From assembly GCA_965206645.1 (NCBI GenBank), contig CBDBKE010000004.1, forward strand, positions 2,080,001 to 2,144,000: a stretch of 64,000 nucleotides of DNA, in the 5' to 3' direction. The stretch's first letter is position 1. Every line of letters starts with the position of its first letter. The DNA is from Terriglobia bacterium (GTDB lineage Bacteria; Acidobacteriota; Terriglobia; JAJPHL01; JAPKYU01). The notes beneath the pieces are model-generated. The model saw only the letters and a program-made list of their open reading frames with translations, did no database searches and was not told where the DNA came from. The position numbers and the translations under genes were made by a program. Shown here piece after piece: positions 1 through 10,152 of this stretch.

Positions 1-10
1 GTCTACTGGA

Positions 11-364
11 ATGGCGTTTGTTGGTGGCAAAACGCAAGAAGACACAATGACGCCGCTGCAATTGGAAGATGTAGTAGTCCTTAAAAAAGGTCTTTCTAAA
101 ATCGTAGCTGTGGGCGAAGTGATTGAGCAAAACGGTATCTTCCAAGGGAATGGCAATAAGGAGTGGCTAAACCACTTCGACGGATGGCAGCTACCTGCCT
201 ATTGCTACGTTGCATGGCGCAAGCCTGACAAGCCGATGACAACAACGAGATTGACCATAGCGACAATTCAGCAGTTACCAAGGCCAAAACATCAAACGCT
301 AGCTGACGAACTTCTCCAGACTCCTATCCATCCTATCGACGGCGAACCGACCCGTCATCGTTGA
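11..364 (+). CDS. Hypothetical protein fragment, possibly an EVE/PUA-like domain of a restriction-type protein; may begin before the window
   Basis: DVVVLKKG..IVAVGEV..W pattern resembles EVE-like modified-DNA reader domains; lies in a defence island. Family call is inference. Confidence 0.3.
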   Translation: MAFVGGKTQEDTMTPLQLEDVVVLKKGLSKIVAVGEVIEQNGIFQGNGNKEWLNHFDGWQLPAYCYVAWRKPDKPMTTTRLTIATIQQLPRPKHQTLADELLQTPIHPIDGEPTRHR

Positions 365-439
365 CAACCCACCACGTCTCGGTGTTGCCGCTCTCGCTGC
401 TGAATATCTGGATCCCCATTCATCCTTCTTGTGGGTCGG

Positions 440-2380
440 TCAGGACATCTCCGTCCACTCAACCGGTACAAGCGCTACGTCCCCGCGCCATTCTTCGACG
501 ACGGAGGCATTGAACCAATCATCGTCAAGATGGGCGTGATCCAGGACGATAAGTTGAAAGCCGTCGCCGATGGCTTGGCTCTCTGAGTGCATGAATTCAA
601 AAAGATTGTGCACAGCCCGCCGATCCGCGTCCTGGAGCGCGTCAATGCGACCACTCTGATCGGCTTCGGGCGGATAATGTGCCTGAGACGGTTGATCGAA
701 CACGAGAATTCCGGGGACTGGACGGTTCTGCTCTCTGAACCAACGATGCAGAGCCAAGAGAGTTACCACGTGATACCCGACCCAATTTTCTCCGCTACCG
801 ATCCGGTTGAGGGGGATCGGGCCCGTAACCGTTTCAGCTACGACTGAGAGCTTCTTGAGATCGAGCCGTATGCGTCCTTCGGCGTGTTCCAGGTCAAGGC
901 CGGACGCATAGCTCGTCATATGATCGGCGATCAGGTTGAGAAAGGTATAGACTCTTTCCCCCACATCGTCGGCGCTCACGTGCTCAGCGAGCACTTCAAC
1001 CCGTCTCCGGGCTTCCTCGATGAGCGTGTCGAGATCATCCCTTTCGTCCGACAGGTTGGTTTGATCCAGGAATGCGCTGATTCGTCCGACAACGCGTGCC
1101 CGTTCAATGACCTGATCGCGTTGCAGGCGTGCCTTTTCGTCATTCGCATAAGCGTGTTCGAGATCGCGCTGCGTCGAAACAATCGCCTTCTCGATATCGC
1201 TGCGTTTCTTGCCGAACGCATCCAGGCGCTCCTGAAGGTGCGGACGTTCGGCCCCAACCGCCTCCAACTGTTTTTCAAGCACCCGAAGAGAACTGGAAAG
1301 GTCTGACACCGCCGGCGTCGGCGTCTTGAGATGTGCTTCGCAAAGTGGGCAGATGTTGTCTGCATTCGATGTCCCCGTATAGAGGTCGAGCGAAACGAGA
1401 CGCGCACGCTGTTCACTCACTTCCGTGGAATAGCTGGTCTGCTCTCGTATAAAGTGTGTCGTAGCGCGTATTCCGTTCTGAACGTCGTCCAATTGCCGAT
1501 GAAGGGTGCTGATCTCGTTCTCAAGCCGAGCGATCACCTCGCTAGAGCCGGAAACGATGGACGGCGAGTGAAGATCCATCGATATAACGCGTTCCAACTC
1601 CTGGAGCGCCAGCTCAACTTCGGTGGGTTCAAAGTCTTCGTTGACGAGGCCGGCACGGCGCGCGTCGAGAACGAAACGACGAATTCGCGCGTGGGCTCTA
1701 TTGTCGTCGCTCTTCATGGCTTCTCGACGCGCTTCCAGTTGGCGCAGTGACAGTTTTGCGTCATCCAGTTCGTTTTGGCGAAGAAAATGCTCTTCATCAA
1801 CAGCGCCGAGGAAGTAGGGGATCGTGTCCTTGATAGCCTGCGGAATGAATTGTTCGCCCTGGCGATGAAACAGTCGGTCCCGGCTAGCGATCTCATCCTG
1901 CTTCTGGAAGCATAGAAAAAGAGCGTGTCGGATCGTCGCCTGCAACGGCCCTCGGGTCCCTGTGAGCGGCCGATTCTCATTCTCGGCGATCCCAGTGAAT
2001 CGAGTCAGCAACCGGATCAGCGCCTCTTCGGTCGTATTCTTGTGCAAGTTGGTATATTCTGGCGGACCATCGTGCCGGCCGCGACGAACATGGATATCTG
2101 GTCTGGTGCGCTTGCCGAGATCCGGATTGCGCCGCCCTATGAACAGAACATCGTCCTTGTTCTCAATCTCCACACCAAACCAAGACACATGCTGTCGGAT
2201 GACGCCTTCGGCGACATAGCACTCGGAACGGCCGAAGCAATAGTCGAGAATATCTATGATGGAGGATTTGCCGGTCTTCGCTCGGCCAGTGAGAATATTG
2301 AGACCGGATCTTCGAAATGTAACTGTCCGGCACTCACCACGGATACTGTAGACGCTAACGGAGCGAAGTGTGAAGCTCAT
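440..2380 (-). CDS. lmuB: Lamassu/ABC-three-component SMC-like ATPase (DUF3732-type)
   Basis: Walker A GRAKTGKS, long coiled coil with central CPLC zinc-hook-like motif, signature IGSGEN, Walker B LVFDQPSQ, H-loop VLDH. The ATG at 2380 overlaps the upstream stop (ATGA). Confidence 0.85.
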   Translation of the reverse strand: MSFTLRSVSVYSIRGECRTVTFRRSGLNILTGRAKTGKSSIIDILDYCFGRSECYVAEGVIRQHVSWFGVEIENKDDVLFIGRRNPDLGKRTRPDIHVRRGRHDGPPEYTNLHKNTTEEALIRLLTRFTGIAENENRPLTGTRGPLQATIRHALFLCFQKQDEIASRDRLFHRQGEQFIPQAIKDTIPYFLGAVDEEHFLRQNELDDAKLSLRQLEARREAMKSDDNRAHARIRRFVLDARRAGLVNEDFEPTEVELALQELERVISMDLHSPSIVSGSSEVIARLENEISTLHRQLDDVQNGIRATTHFIREQTSYSTEVSEQRARLVSLDLYTGTSNADNICPLCEAHLKTPTPAVSDLSSSLRVLEKQLEAVGAERPHLQERLDAFGKKRSDIEKAIVSTQRDLEHAYANDEKARLQRDQVIERARVVGRISAFLDQTNLSDERDDLDTLIEEARRRVEVLAEHVSADDVGERVYTFLNLIADHMTSYASGLDLEHAEGRIRLDLKKLSVVAETVTGPIPLNRIGSGENWVGYHVVTLLALHRWFREQNRPVPGILVFDQPSQAHYPPEADQSGRIDALQDADRRAVHNLFEFMHSESQAIGDGFQLIVLDHAHLDDDWFNASVVEEWRGDVALVPVEWTEMS

Positions 2381-2886
2381 ACGCGTATTCCCCATGCCGC
2401 TAGGATAGTTGGCGTGTCTCCAGCCGCGGCGAACCAGCGGGCAATTGTTCGAATGGCATCGACGGTCTCGCGAATATCCGTCGTAGTGTCGTCAAGCGCC
2501 GATTGTGTGAATGAAGCCCGCGTAGACCCGGTGGTAACCACGCCGCCATCACCAAAGCGAATCGCGTGACGCACCGACGCGTAGCGAAGTGCTTCACGAA
2601 CATAGGGGCTTAGATTACGGGCACGGTCAGCAAACCCCACCCGGACATCGTGGTTCTCTTCGAGCCACGGCAATAGTCCTGTTACGGTGGATCTCGGTAG
2701 GCGGTTGCGGGTCGCAGGATGAAGAGCGATAGGAAGAGCGCAAAACACCAATGCGAATGATGCCGGCGCTTTCCTAGCCTTCTCATAGGCACGGACGAAT
2801 TCATAAATGAGCACACCGCAATAGGCCGGGTTGAAGTGGTTAGCCTCTTCGGGTACCCAGCGGTCGCGCCAAGGATTCAGACTCAT
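2377..2886 (-). CDS. lmuC: ABC-three-component middle component (LmuC-like)
   Basis: 169 aa with EEANHFNPAY and LPIALH..TR..LP motifs; ATGA-coupled between the effector and the ATPase. Confidence 0.8.
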   Translation of the reverse strand: MSLNPWRDRWVPEEANHFNPAYCGVLIYEFVRAYEKARKAPASFALVFCALPIALHPATRNRLPRSTVTGLLPWLEENHDVRVGFADRARNLSPYVREALRYASVRHAIRFGDGGVVTTGSTRASFTQSALDDTTTDIRETVDAIRTIARWFAAAGDTPTILAAWGIRV

Positions 2887-4085
2887 GATTCATCTTTCGG
2901 GGAATCAAGCAGGGTTTCATAATCGGGATGCCAACCGATTCTCACTTCATCGGCAAGCATCTGAAACGATCCTGAGGACAACCAGATTTCGTCCCGGTTG
3001 CGCAACGGCTTTTGATACTCGCGCGCCCAACGGAACACCCTTCTGCCTTGTGCTTCTCTTGTGGCATCATCACAACCCCCGGTGACATCAGCCGTACAGG
3101 CAAGGAAGCGGCGTTGCCACGCATCACGAAGGCCCCGGTCGTAGCGATCGGTTTCGCTGTCCAGCAACAAGTTTTCCCGTGCCCATCGAGAACGTTGCTC
3201 ATATGCACGATAGTAGTCGTGCACCGTTGCCCTTACTTCGTCTTCGGACACGTGGACGAAGTTCATTTGACGGATGAACGTTCTGTTATCCCTGGGCAGG
3301 TCTCTAACGGCCGGCATCGCCTCAATCGTCTCATCGAGAGGAAGATTGCCGAGTCGGAAGCTTTCCCGGAGCTCCGAGACTTTATTTTGAATAGAGGCTA
3401 GAGGTATTGCCGCAGAATTCGGGTCCCTCATGGCGATGACAACCCGGTTGAACCACCACCCTTCCAGATGGTCAGTCAAGTTGCCTACTTGGTTGGGCGC
3501 AGCCGAGTAATGAAGCACTGTTTCAATCTCGTCGCGCACATCGATTATGTTCGGTGCCTTGTCGAACACCCAGGTATTGCCAACCAGAACCTGTCTTGCG
3601 GCATCTGTGAGTCCCAGGAACGCATCGCGGGCCGCCGCAGTTGCCTGATTCCGCGAGTCGTTCGCTGCCGAAAGGAGTAACTCCACAGCGCGAGGCTCGT
3701 CACGACCATCACCGGCTTGGCGCAACATCGACAACGCTGAGCCGGCGGCGGCGGCACTGGTGGTCAGGAAAACAAGACGCGTTCTGGGCGCACCTGCGGG
3801 ATCTTCGATAATCCGCTTGATCCAGATGTTGAGCGTCTTCCAAAGATCGACGCTGCCGTCCGATACATCGCCGCGCTTTCCGTGATGTTTGGTCTGCATG
3901 AGTTCAACGGGGTGCCCAGCATCCTCGAAAGCCACATCATCAAACTTCTCGATGGAGAGCGCATAACCGGGATGGCGCCTGCCTTCTTCCAAGCCGCGTA
4001 GCAGGGCGTAGCGCGCCTGAAAGAGGTAGCCGGTCAGAGAAGCGGAGGCGTCATGCGATGCGCTCAAGGGGGGCGACGTCTTCAT
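2883..4085 (-). CDS. lmuA: Lamassu effector: Cap4-like (DUF4297) nuclease plus ABC-3C C-terminal domain
   Basis: N-terminal ASxxGYLFQ..E..DDV..LMQTKHH (PD-(D/E)xK-like, QxK); C-terminal YYRAYEQRSRW and GSFQMLADE..IGWHPDY. Confidence 0.8.
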   Translation of the reverse strand: MKTSPPLSASHDASASLTGYLFQARYALLRGLEEGRRHPGYALSIEKFDDVAFEDAGHPVELMQTKHHGKRGDVSDGSVDLWKTLNIWIKRIIEDPAGAPRTRLVFLTTSAAAAGSALSMLRQAGDGRDEPRAVELLLSAANDSRNQATAAARDAFLGLTDAARQVLVGNTWVFDKAPNIIDVRDEIETVLHYSAAPNQVGNLTDHLEGWWFNRVVIAMRDPNSAAIPLASIQNKVSELRESFRLGNLPLDETIEAMPAVRDLPRDNRTFIRQMNFVHVSEDEVRATVHDYYRAYEQRSRWARENLLLDSETDRYDRGLRDAWQRRFLACTADVTGGCDDATREAQGRRVFRWAREYQKPLRNRDEIWLSSGSFQMLADEVRIGWHPDYETLLDSPKDES

Positions 4086-4315
4086 CCTATTTCCCGCGGG
4101 CCCAGGAATCGCTCCCGTCGTAGTGGATCATGTGGTCGGGGGTGTCGCAGAGCCACACCTCGGTCTCCCAGGCGATGTTCTTCATATGCTTCCGGAACTC
4201 CTCGAAATCCGGAAATGCGCTGACATAGACGACACCCGCAGGACACGCCGCAAGCATGGCCTCCAAATCAACCATCCGCGTGGGTGACACCGATCCGTGA
4301 GACGTCGCCTTCTCT
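4082..4315 (-). pseudogene. C-terminal remnant of a BsuBI/PstI-family type II restriction endonuclease
   Basis: Reads TSHGSVSPTR..VYVSAFPD..IAWETEVW..PDHMIHYDG; adding one G restores the family ending GERFLGP. The N-terminal part is missing. Confidence 0.8.
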
Positions 4316-4354
4316 GGCGATGAGCTCCGTCGCGCGAAACGGCACCACGGGGCC

Positions 4355-4531
4355 GGTCGAGATGTTCCCCATCAGGTTTTGAAAGTACCCCGGATTCAGC
4401 CTGACGATGCTTGCCAACGCTTCCGACTGAGAAGAAGTCGAACCTAAGCGCGGGTTGTCTAGATCCAGAAGCAACTCATCAATGAATAGTTCTAGGTGTT
4501 CGATCATGCCTTTCAGTGCTCTTCGTTCCAT
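4355..4531 (-). pseudogene. N-terminal remnant of a ParB/Srx-like domain protein
   Basis: IDELLLDLDNPRL motif typical of ParB-N domains of defence-associated proteins; truncated and abutting the BsuBI fragment. Confidence 0.5.
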
Positions 4532-4772
4532 TTCATCGGCAACACTTGTCTCTCAGCCCACTTGCCGCCGGTCCTCGACGGCCAAATCGCGCTATCGCAG
4601 CACGCCCACATCTATCTGCCTCGCATAGCATAGCCAAGTCGGCACGATCAATGCCGATTTACTGTCAACCGCGGTTGCGCGTACGCCTCGGCAAGCCGCC
4701 TCTGCTGTAGCTCCCGCTTGGCGCCGGCCGCGGCAACGCGCCGGTTATCATGTGCAGGACAACCCATAGGCA

Positions 4773-5713
4773 TCACAGGTCGACGCTTTGCGTCTCCCGT
4801 TCCCGTTGCCACGACTCGCCCGCGACCACCTTCAGGCCGTCCGCGCGGAAACCTCCCTCTTCCAATGCGGGTCCGAGTTCCCGCGCCCGCAATCGGGCTG
4901 CGGCACAATCGGCGGCCAGAAGCAGCTTGAGGACCGCATCGTGAACCTCTATGTTGGTGTCCGTGGCAACGCGGGCGTCCTTCAGCCCGGCCGTGGTAAG
5001 TGCCAGCGCTGGCGCGTAGTAGTAGCGCCAGGCGTCTTCCGGCAGATTCACCTCGATCGGCTCTAGCGGCTCCGCGTCCTCTGGGTTGGGGTCGCGCCAG
5101 TGGAACTCCAGCGCGTCCTGTCGGAAGTAGGAAATCGCCCCGACGTGCAGTGAGCAGTCCGTCGAACCGACGCGCACCAGACGCTGCGCTTGTGTCTTTG
5201 CCTTCCGCCGTTCCTCCGCATTCGGAACGCTCGACCTGCCCTTGCATTCGAACGCGTGCCATGCGCCTTTGTCGTCCTGGCCGATCAGATCCCGGTCGGG
5301 AACGTCCGCCGAGGAGGGCAGAATCCAGCTGATCGCGGAACACATCGAGATGCAGAAGCCACATGGTGTGCAGGAACCTGCTCGCGAACAGCTTGCAGAA
5401 CACCATTCCGAGAAAGTAGCTGACCGCGCCTTTCTCCGTCGGGTCCAACGATCGGAAGGCGTCCGTCCGTTGCAGCGATCCGCTGAACGGACGCTGTTCC
5501 AATGCCATCCGCACGAGCGACAGCCTGAACAGGGCCTCGTGGTAGGAAGCGTCGCCGTGGGCTAGGACGTACGCAGTATTCGGTCTGCCCACCGTCCGGG
5601 CCGCCCACAGGAGATCGCCCACCCGGTTTGCAGATCTCCCCTACCGGCAATGGTTCCGCTCGGGAAGTCCCGGCTCGTGTAGGGAATCCAAAGTGTGTTT
5701 CCGTACCTAGCAT
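4773..5713 (-). pseudogene. Frameshifted PD-(D/E)xK-type nuclease-like gene
   Basis: Frame 5622-5290 (..DPTEKGAVSYFLGM..GRSRP) joins DLIGQDDKGAWHAFECKG after removing one G in CCGGG (~5292), giving PD..ExK. A second shift is likely near 5625. Confidence 0.6.
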
Positions 5714-5843
5714 TCAATTCCTAGATCCTCCAACCAGCTAGCGCGCGTGTCAGCGCCGAGCTGCTTGATCGCTCCGCCTTCCAGGCATCGCCGATGGCGC
5801 CGATGGTGGTGCTCTTGCATTCGATCACGGCGAGCGCTTGCCG

Positions 5844-5981
5844 TCACGGGAGTCGGCAGTCGGGATCGCCGGAAAATGTTGGAGTGTCCGAAGGCGTCGA
5901 TGCCGTTACGTTGGCATTGATTTCCTCCCCGGACTTGAGTCGATCCAGGTAGTCGGCCCATTCTTGCATCAGCTGCAATCG
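5844..5981 (-). pseudogene. C-terminal remnant of a P4-family tyrosine integrase
   Basis: Manual translation RLQLMQEWADYLDRLKSG matches the characteristic P4-integrase tail; not in the ORF track. Confidence 0.65.
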
Positions 5982-7203
5982 ATCAATTTTACTTCACTGA
6001 TAATAGAATACTTAATATTGATCATCCCGCTTCAATCCCCTCATTGAATCCCTCTTTGTGAACGGGAATCCATTGGATCTTCGAAGACGTTCCCGGACAA
6101 GTCGTCCCGAGTGATCAACCCTGGAGTCCCTGCGTCCGAGGCCTTGAGTGAGGTAGGCAACCTGCGCGTGCCGCGAAATCGGAGATCGCTGGTATCACCT
6201 CCCCGTTTACACGGAACCAGATCACAGGACACAGGTGCCGGACGTAATCTTCAGCCGTAGGGGACTGCTGAGCGGGTAGAAGGCTGTACCGCTAAGACGA
6301 TGGCAGATGCGAGCTTCTCCTACGATTACGATATCAACCAGGATGTCCGGTTGCATGTTTCCCGTCTTATGGCCGCCGATTATAAGGCTCGACCATGGAA
6401 ATGCTCGACGGTGCAATCAGGAATTCTGGGACCTGGTGCACGTTTTGGAACCCTTGGCCATCGGCACTTTCTCTTAATGTTCATGCTTCCTGCGTTGAAG
6501 TTCGGCGGCGATCCAGTCCGACATCTGACTCCGATGTAGGCCGCAAAAGACATTACGAACAGGAAGACTGCGGTCGAATTTCCGCCGGATCTCCGCATTC
6601 TTTATGCCCTGGTCGTCGGCCACAATCGTTTCCCATTCGACCTTCACGTGGAACTCTTCATCCTCATCGAAAACCGTATGGCCATGGATAACGCTACCGT
6701 CAACGATACGCCCACATGCCAGGATGCCCTTTACGTTGACATAGGCGAATACTCTCTGTCCTGCGATACTTCCTTCCAGATTTACCGGACCGTTGGGATA
6801 GCCATAAATGGCAATTACACCCTGATCAAACATCTTGGAGTATGCGCCCGGCGCGTAGGTTTCATTCGTATTGAAGAACCAATCGCCATGCCAATCGCCA
6901 TCGGCACTTTCTCTTGCTGTCTGAAGCTTTGGCAGTTGCTCTATTTCCAACAGAAATTCCCCAGCATCGTTGTCTCCATCGGTGTAAATCGCGAAGGGTA
7001 TGAAGCTGATCGGCACACCATACCCCCTTAGCCATTCTATAATCCGAGCCAGACCCTCGTCGGAGGCCGGTGCCACGATACAAATTCGATGACCTCTCGG
7101 ACGTTTCGGAATGTCTTTTGTTTCAACTGTTGGTGACCTGCCTGGCGATTTCCGGACCAGCTGAAGCCTGAGAGAATGGCGCCCTCGGAGAAACGAGGGA
7201 GCC

Positions 7204-7467
7204 ATGAAGAAGACCCGGTTTACCGAAGAGCAGATGGTGACGATCCTCCGCGAGGCCGATCAGCGGCCCGTTCCGGAGGTGGCCAAAAAGAACGGCGTCA
7301 GCGCCCAGACGCTCTACGCCTGGCGGAAACACTTCGGCACGTTGGAGCCCGCCGATGTGAAGCGGCTGCGGCAGCTCGAGCAGGAGAACGGCCGGCTGAA
7401 AAAGATGGTGGCCGATCGAGATCTGGAGATCGACGTGCTCAAGGAGATCACCCGAAAAAAATGGTAG
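7204..7467 (+). CDS. IS3 transposase OrfA
   Basis: MKKTRFTEEQMVTILRE HTH plus leucine zipper; ends just after an A7 run (-1 frameshift motif). Confidence 0.93.
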   Translation: MKKTRFTEEQMVTILREADQRPVPEVAKKNGVSAQTLYAWRKHFGTLEPADVKRLRQLEQENGRLKKMVADRDLEIDVLKEITRKKW

Positions 7468-8384
7468 GCGCACGCGTGCGCCGGCCGCAGGTCGCGTATG
7501 CACGTGCACGCGGTCTGTCGGGTCGCCGCGCGTGCGCCTTGCTCTCCGTCGCACGGTCCACGCTGGGCTACCAGTCGCGGCTGGTCGACCGGGATGCCCC
7601 GGCGCTGGCCGCGATGCGTCGTCTGGCGGCGCAGTATCCGCGGTACGGCTATCGCCGGATTCGGATTTTCCTAAAACGCGAAGGGCACACGATGAGCGCG
7701 GACCGGACCCATCGCCTCTGGCGCCAGGCGGGGTTGCAGGTGCCTCGGCGGCGGCCGCGGCGCCGGGTCGCCCTGAGCCGGCCCCGCCCGGTGCCCGCCA
7801 CTGCGGTCAATCACGTCTGGGCGTACGACTTCGTGTTCGACACCTGCGCGAATGGGCAGACGCTCAAGTGCCTCACCGTCGTCGACGAATGGACCCGCGA
7901 GTCACTCGCGATCGACGTGGCCGGCGGCATTCGGTCCGGGCGCGTTATCGAGGTGCTCACGCAGCTCGTGAGCGTCCACGGAGCCCCACGTTACCTCCGG
8001 TCCGACAACGGCCCCGAGTTTGTTGCGGGTGCGATTCTCCGGTGGCTGCTCCAGGCGCAGATCGAAACCGCGCTCATCAAGCCGGGGAAGCCGTGGCAGA
8101 ATGCGACCGACGAATCGTTCAACGGGAAGTTCCGCGACGAGTATCTGAGCCTGCAGTGGTTTCGGAACCGCGTGGACGCGAAGGTGGGGATCGAGCAATG
8201 GCGACGGCACTACAACGACGTGCGACCGCACTCGAGCCTTGGCTATCTGACGCCAGCCGAGTTCAAAGCGCAGCTCCGTGCTGGCTCGGATGACGGTGGG
8301 CGCTCGCCGGCGATGCCGGCTCACGCTGACCAAGAAGAACACGAGAGCGACTTAACCATGCCGACTGGCGCTGTTCTCCAGTAA
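7461..8384 (+). CDS. IS3 transposase OrfB (DDE integrase core)
   Basis: YGYRRI, WAYDFVFD, RSDNGPEF, ESFNGKFRDE, YNDVRPHSSLGY. Confidence 0.93.
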   Translation: MVGARVRRPQVAYARARGLSGRRACALLSVARSTLGYQSRLVDRDAPALAAMRRLAAQYPRYGYRRIRIFLKREGHTMSADRTHRLWRQAGLQVPRRRPRRRVALSRPRPVPATAVNHVWAYDFVFDTCANGQTLKCLTVVDEWTRESLAIDVAGGIRSGRVIEVLTQLVSVHGAPRYLRSDNGPEFVAGAILRWLLQAQIETALIKPGKPWQNATDESFNGKFRDEYLSLQWFRNRVDAKVGIEQWRRHYNDVRPHSSLGYLTPAEFKAQLRAGSDDGGRSPAMPAHADQEEHESDLTMPTGAVLQ

Positions 8385-9160
8385 TCGGTGGTCCGAAGAA
8401 AGCCGGCAGGTCATTGGGTCGTCGGTTAAATCTCGAAACCGATCAAGCAACGGGACGTATTGCTCTTCACTGTGGTTACGTGTCCAGTATTGTCGATACA
8501 GCTCTTCCAAATCCTCATACGCACTCTGGGTCTTGTCAGCTGCATATTCAAGTAACTGCCCGACTGTTGCCCTATCGGACCAGTCTCGTTTTATCTCGAC
8601 AATAACCAAACTCCCTTCAGCGTCCAGAGCCAATATATCAGCCATGCTGAGACCACTGACGGATTGAGCGATCACCAATACCTCCTCGCCTCCAAACAAC
8701 AACTTCGGGTGCCGGGACATCCAGTCCTCCAAGTCCTTCTCTGCGAAGCCCAACTCTGATGCTGAACTTTCCACAAATGCCTGAAATTCGATTTCGTCTC
8801 GCTCACGGATGCGTCGAAATAGCATCCGTGCCTCCTTCAGCAACGTTTACAACATTAGTCAAGGATGCTAGGGACAGAGACTCGTCGACCGCTTCACTTA
8901 ATTGCGTGCCGCGGTCCGTCAAAATCGTCGCCGACCGCACTCATCTCCATCACTTCGCGTTTCGGGATATACCGATTTGGCAGTCGCGCCTGCCTGTAGG
9001 TCTTATAATGGGAACGGAAGTAAGGCCGGCGGCAGCGGTAGATCAGGCCCACTCGCGTATCTTCGAGCTTCAGCAGGCAGAAGAGCCTCAGGCAGAATCC
9101 TAGTGCAACGCGCATCAGAGAGCGGCGGGGCAATCCCCGCCGCGATCCGATCCTTTCGAC

Positions 9161-9291
9161 GGTACTGTCAAGTTGAGCAGAATCCGCCCGTTTTGCGGAA
9201 GGATTCTGCTGGATCAGAGACTGAGAATCAATGACTTAGCGGTGGCGGCGGGCGGCGAGAATGCCGCCAAACTGCTTAACTTGACAGTACC
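9161..9291. mobile_element. 131-bp MITE with IS6-type terminal inverted repeats
   Basis: GGTACTGTCAAGTTGAGCAG (9161-9180) vs reverse complement of 9272-9291 GGTACTGTCAAGTTAAGCAG (19/20); no coding capacity; no TSD seen. Confidence 0.7.
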
Positions 9292-9579
9292 CGGGATTCC
9301 AACCGAGACGGAGTGGATCGAAGGAGGAACGGGGAGCGAACTGCGGGAGCAGGTGGGGACCATCAAGCGCTGCTATCGCAACGATTGGATCACGCTCGAC
9401 AACAAGCTGCGCGGCCAGTAGAGCATGGCGATGGCAGCAACTACCGTCAAGAAACCGTCAGAAAACTCGCCCATCAAGCGGGCTAGGCGTAGGCGTTGCG
9501 AGCGAAAGCAGACGCCCCAAAACCGTGTAAGAGCAACGAAAGGAAGGAAATAGGAGAAAACCGTGGAAGACGCCAGCCT

Positions 9580-10096
9580 GCTTCAGGAACAACTCATCGA
9601 TGCGCCGCATCAGCGCAAGGCTCTCCGCGCTTTCGCCCTTGGGCGTGTAATAGAGCCAGGATCGCCCGATCGATAGCAAACGGCATTGACGACTCAAGCT
9701 CAGTCCCGGGTGAGGGCGCCTCACTATCACCCGCCGCTCGGCCCGGCTCATCGACCGGACCCTGTGGACAAAAAATCCCGTTCAACCGTCAATTCGCCGA
9801 TCTTGGCGTGAAGCTCACGTACCTCGCTTTCATGATCTCGCCGGCCGCGATCCACACCGTTCGAGAACACCCCGCCAAGCCCTTCGATCGCTTGGCGCTT
9901 CCATGTGCTCACCTGGTTCGGATGCACCTGGTGCTTCGAGGCAATCTCCTGCAGCGTCCGGTAGCCCCGCAGCGCTTCCAGTGCCACCTTCGCTTTTAAA
10001 TCACCAGAAAACCTGCGCCTCCTCCTCATCGCATATCCCTCCTCAGTCGGTGGAATACACCTTAAAACGTCTGTCCGATTTTCCGGGGCCACCTCA
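9580..10096 (-). mobile_element. Truncated second IS3-family element (OrfA plus start of OrfB)
   Basis: Left IR TGAGGTGGCCCCGGAAAATCGGACA (10096-10072); OrfA RRFSGDLKAKVALEAL..VHPNQVSTWK; OrfB start LSLSRQCRLLSIGRS breaks off near 9580. Confidence 0.85.
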
Positions 10097-10152
10097 CTCT
10101 ACCGCTCTTTCCTAGAACTAGCTCGGAACCCCGTCCTGGACCTGAGCGCCTT

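Larger units (their letters stand above)
7134..8413 (+). mobile_element. Complete IS3-family element (IS407-like group), 1280 bp
   Basis: TG..CA ends with imperfect IRs (TGACCTGCCTGG / CCGGCAGGTCA); 4-bp TSD TTGG at 7130-7133 and 8414-8417. Confidence 0.93.
6474..8825 (-). pseudogene. NucS/EndoMS-like nuclease domain plus C-terminal EVE-like domain protein, interrupted by IS3
   Basis: 5' half has EKDLEDW..ADILALD..LVIVEIKR..VGQLLEY. Removing 7134-8413 and one TTGG copy gives an in-frame join RDLTDDPTVETKDI. Confidence 0.8.

Noticed and set aside
7176-8384. 402-aa ORF as a single protein
   Set aside because: Its N-terminal part is the off-frame overlap of OrfA; the real product is the OrfAB frameshift fusion.
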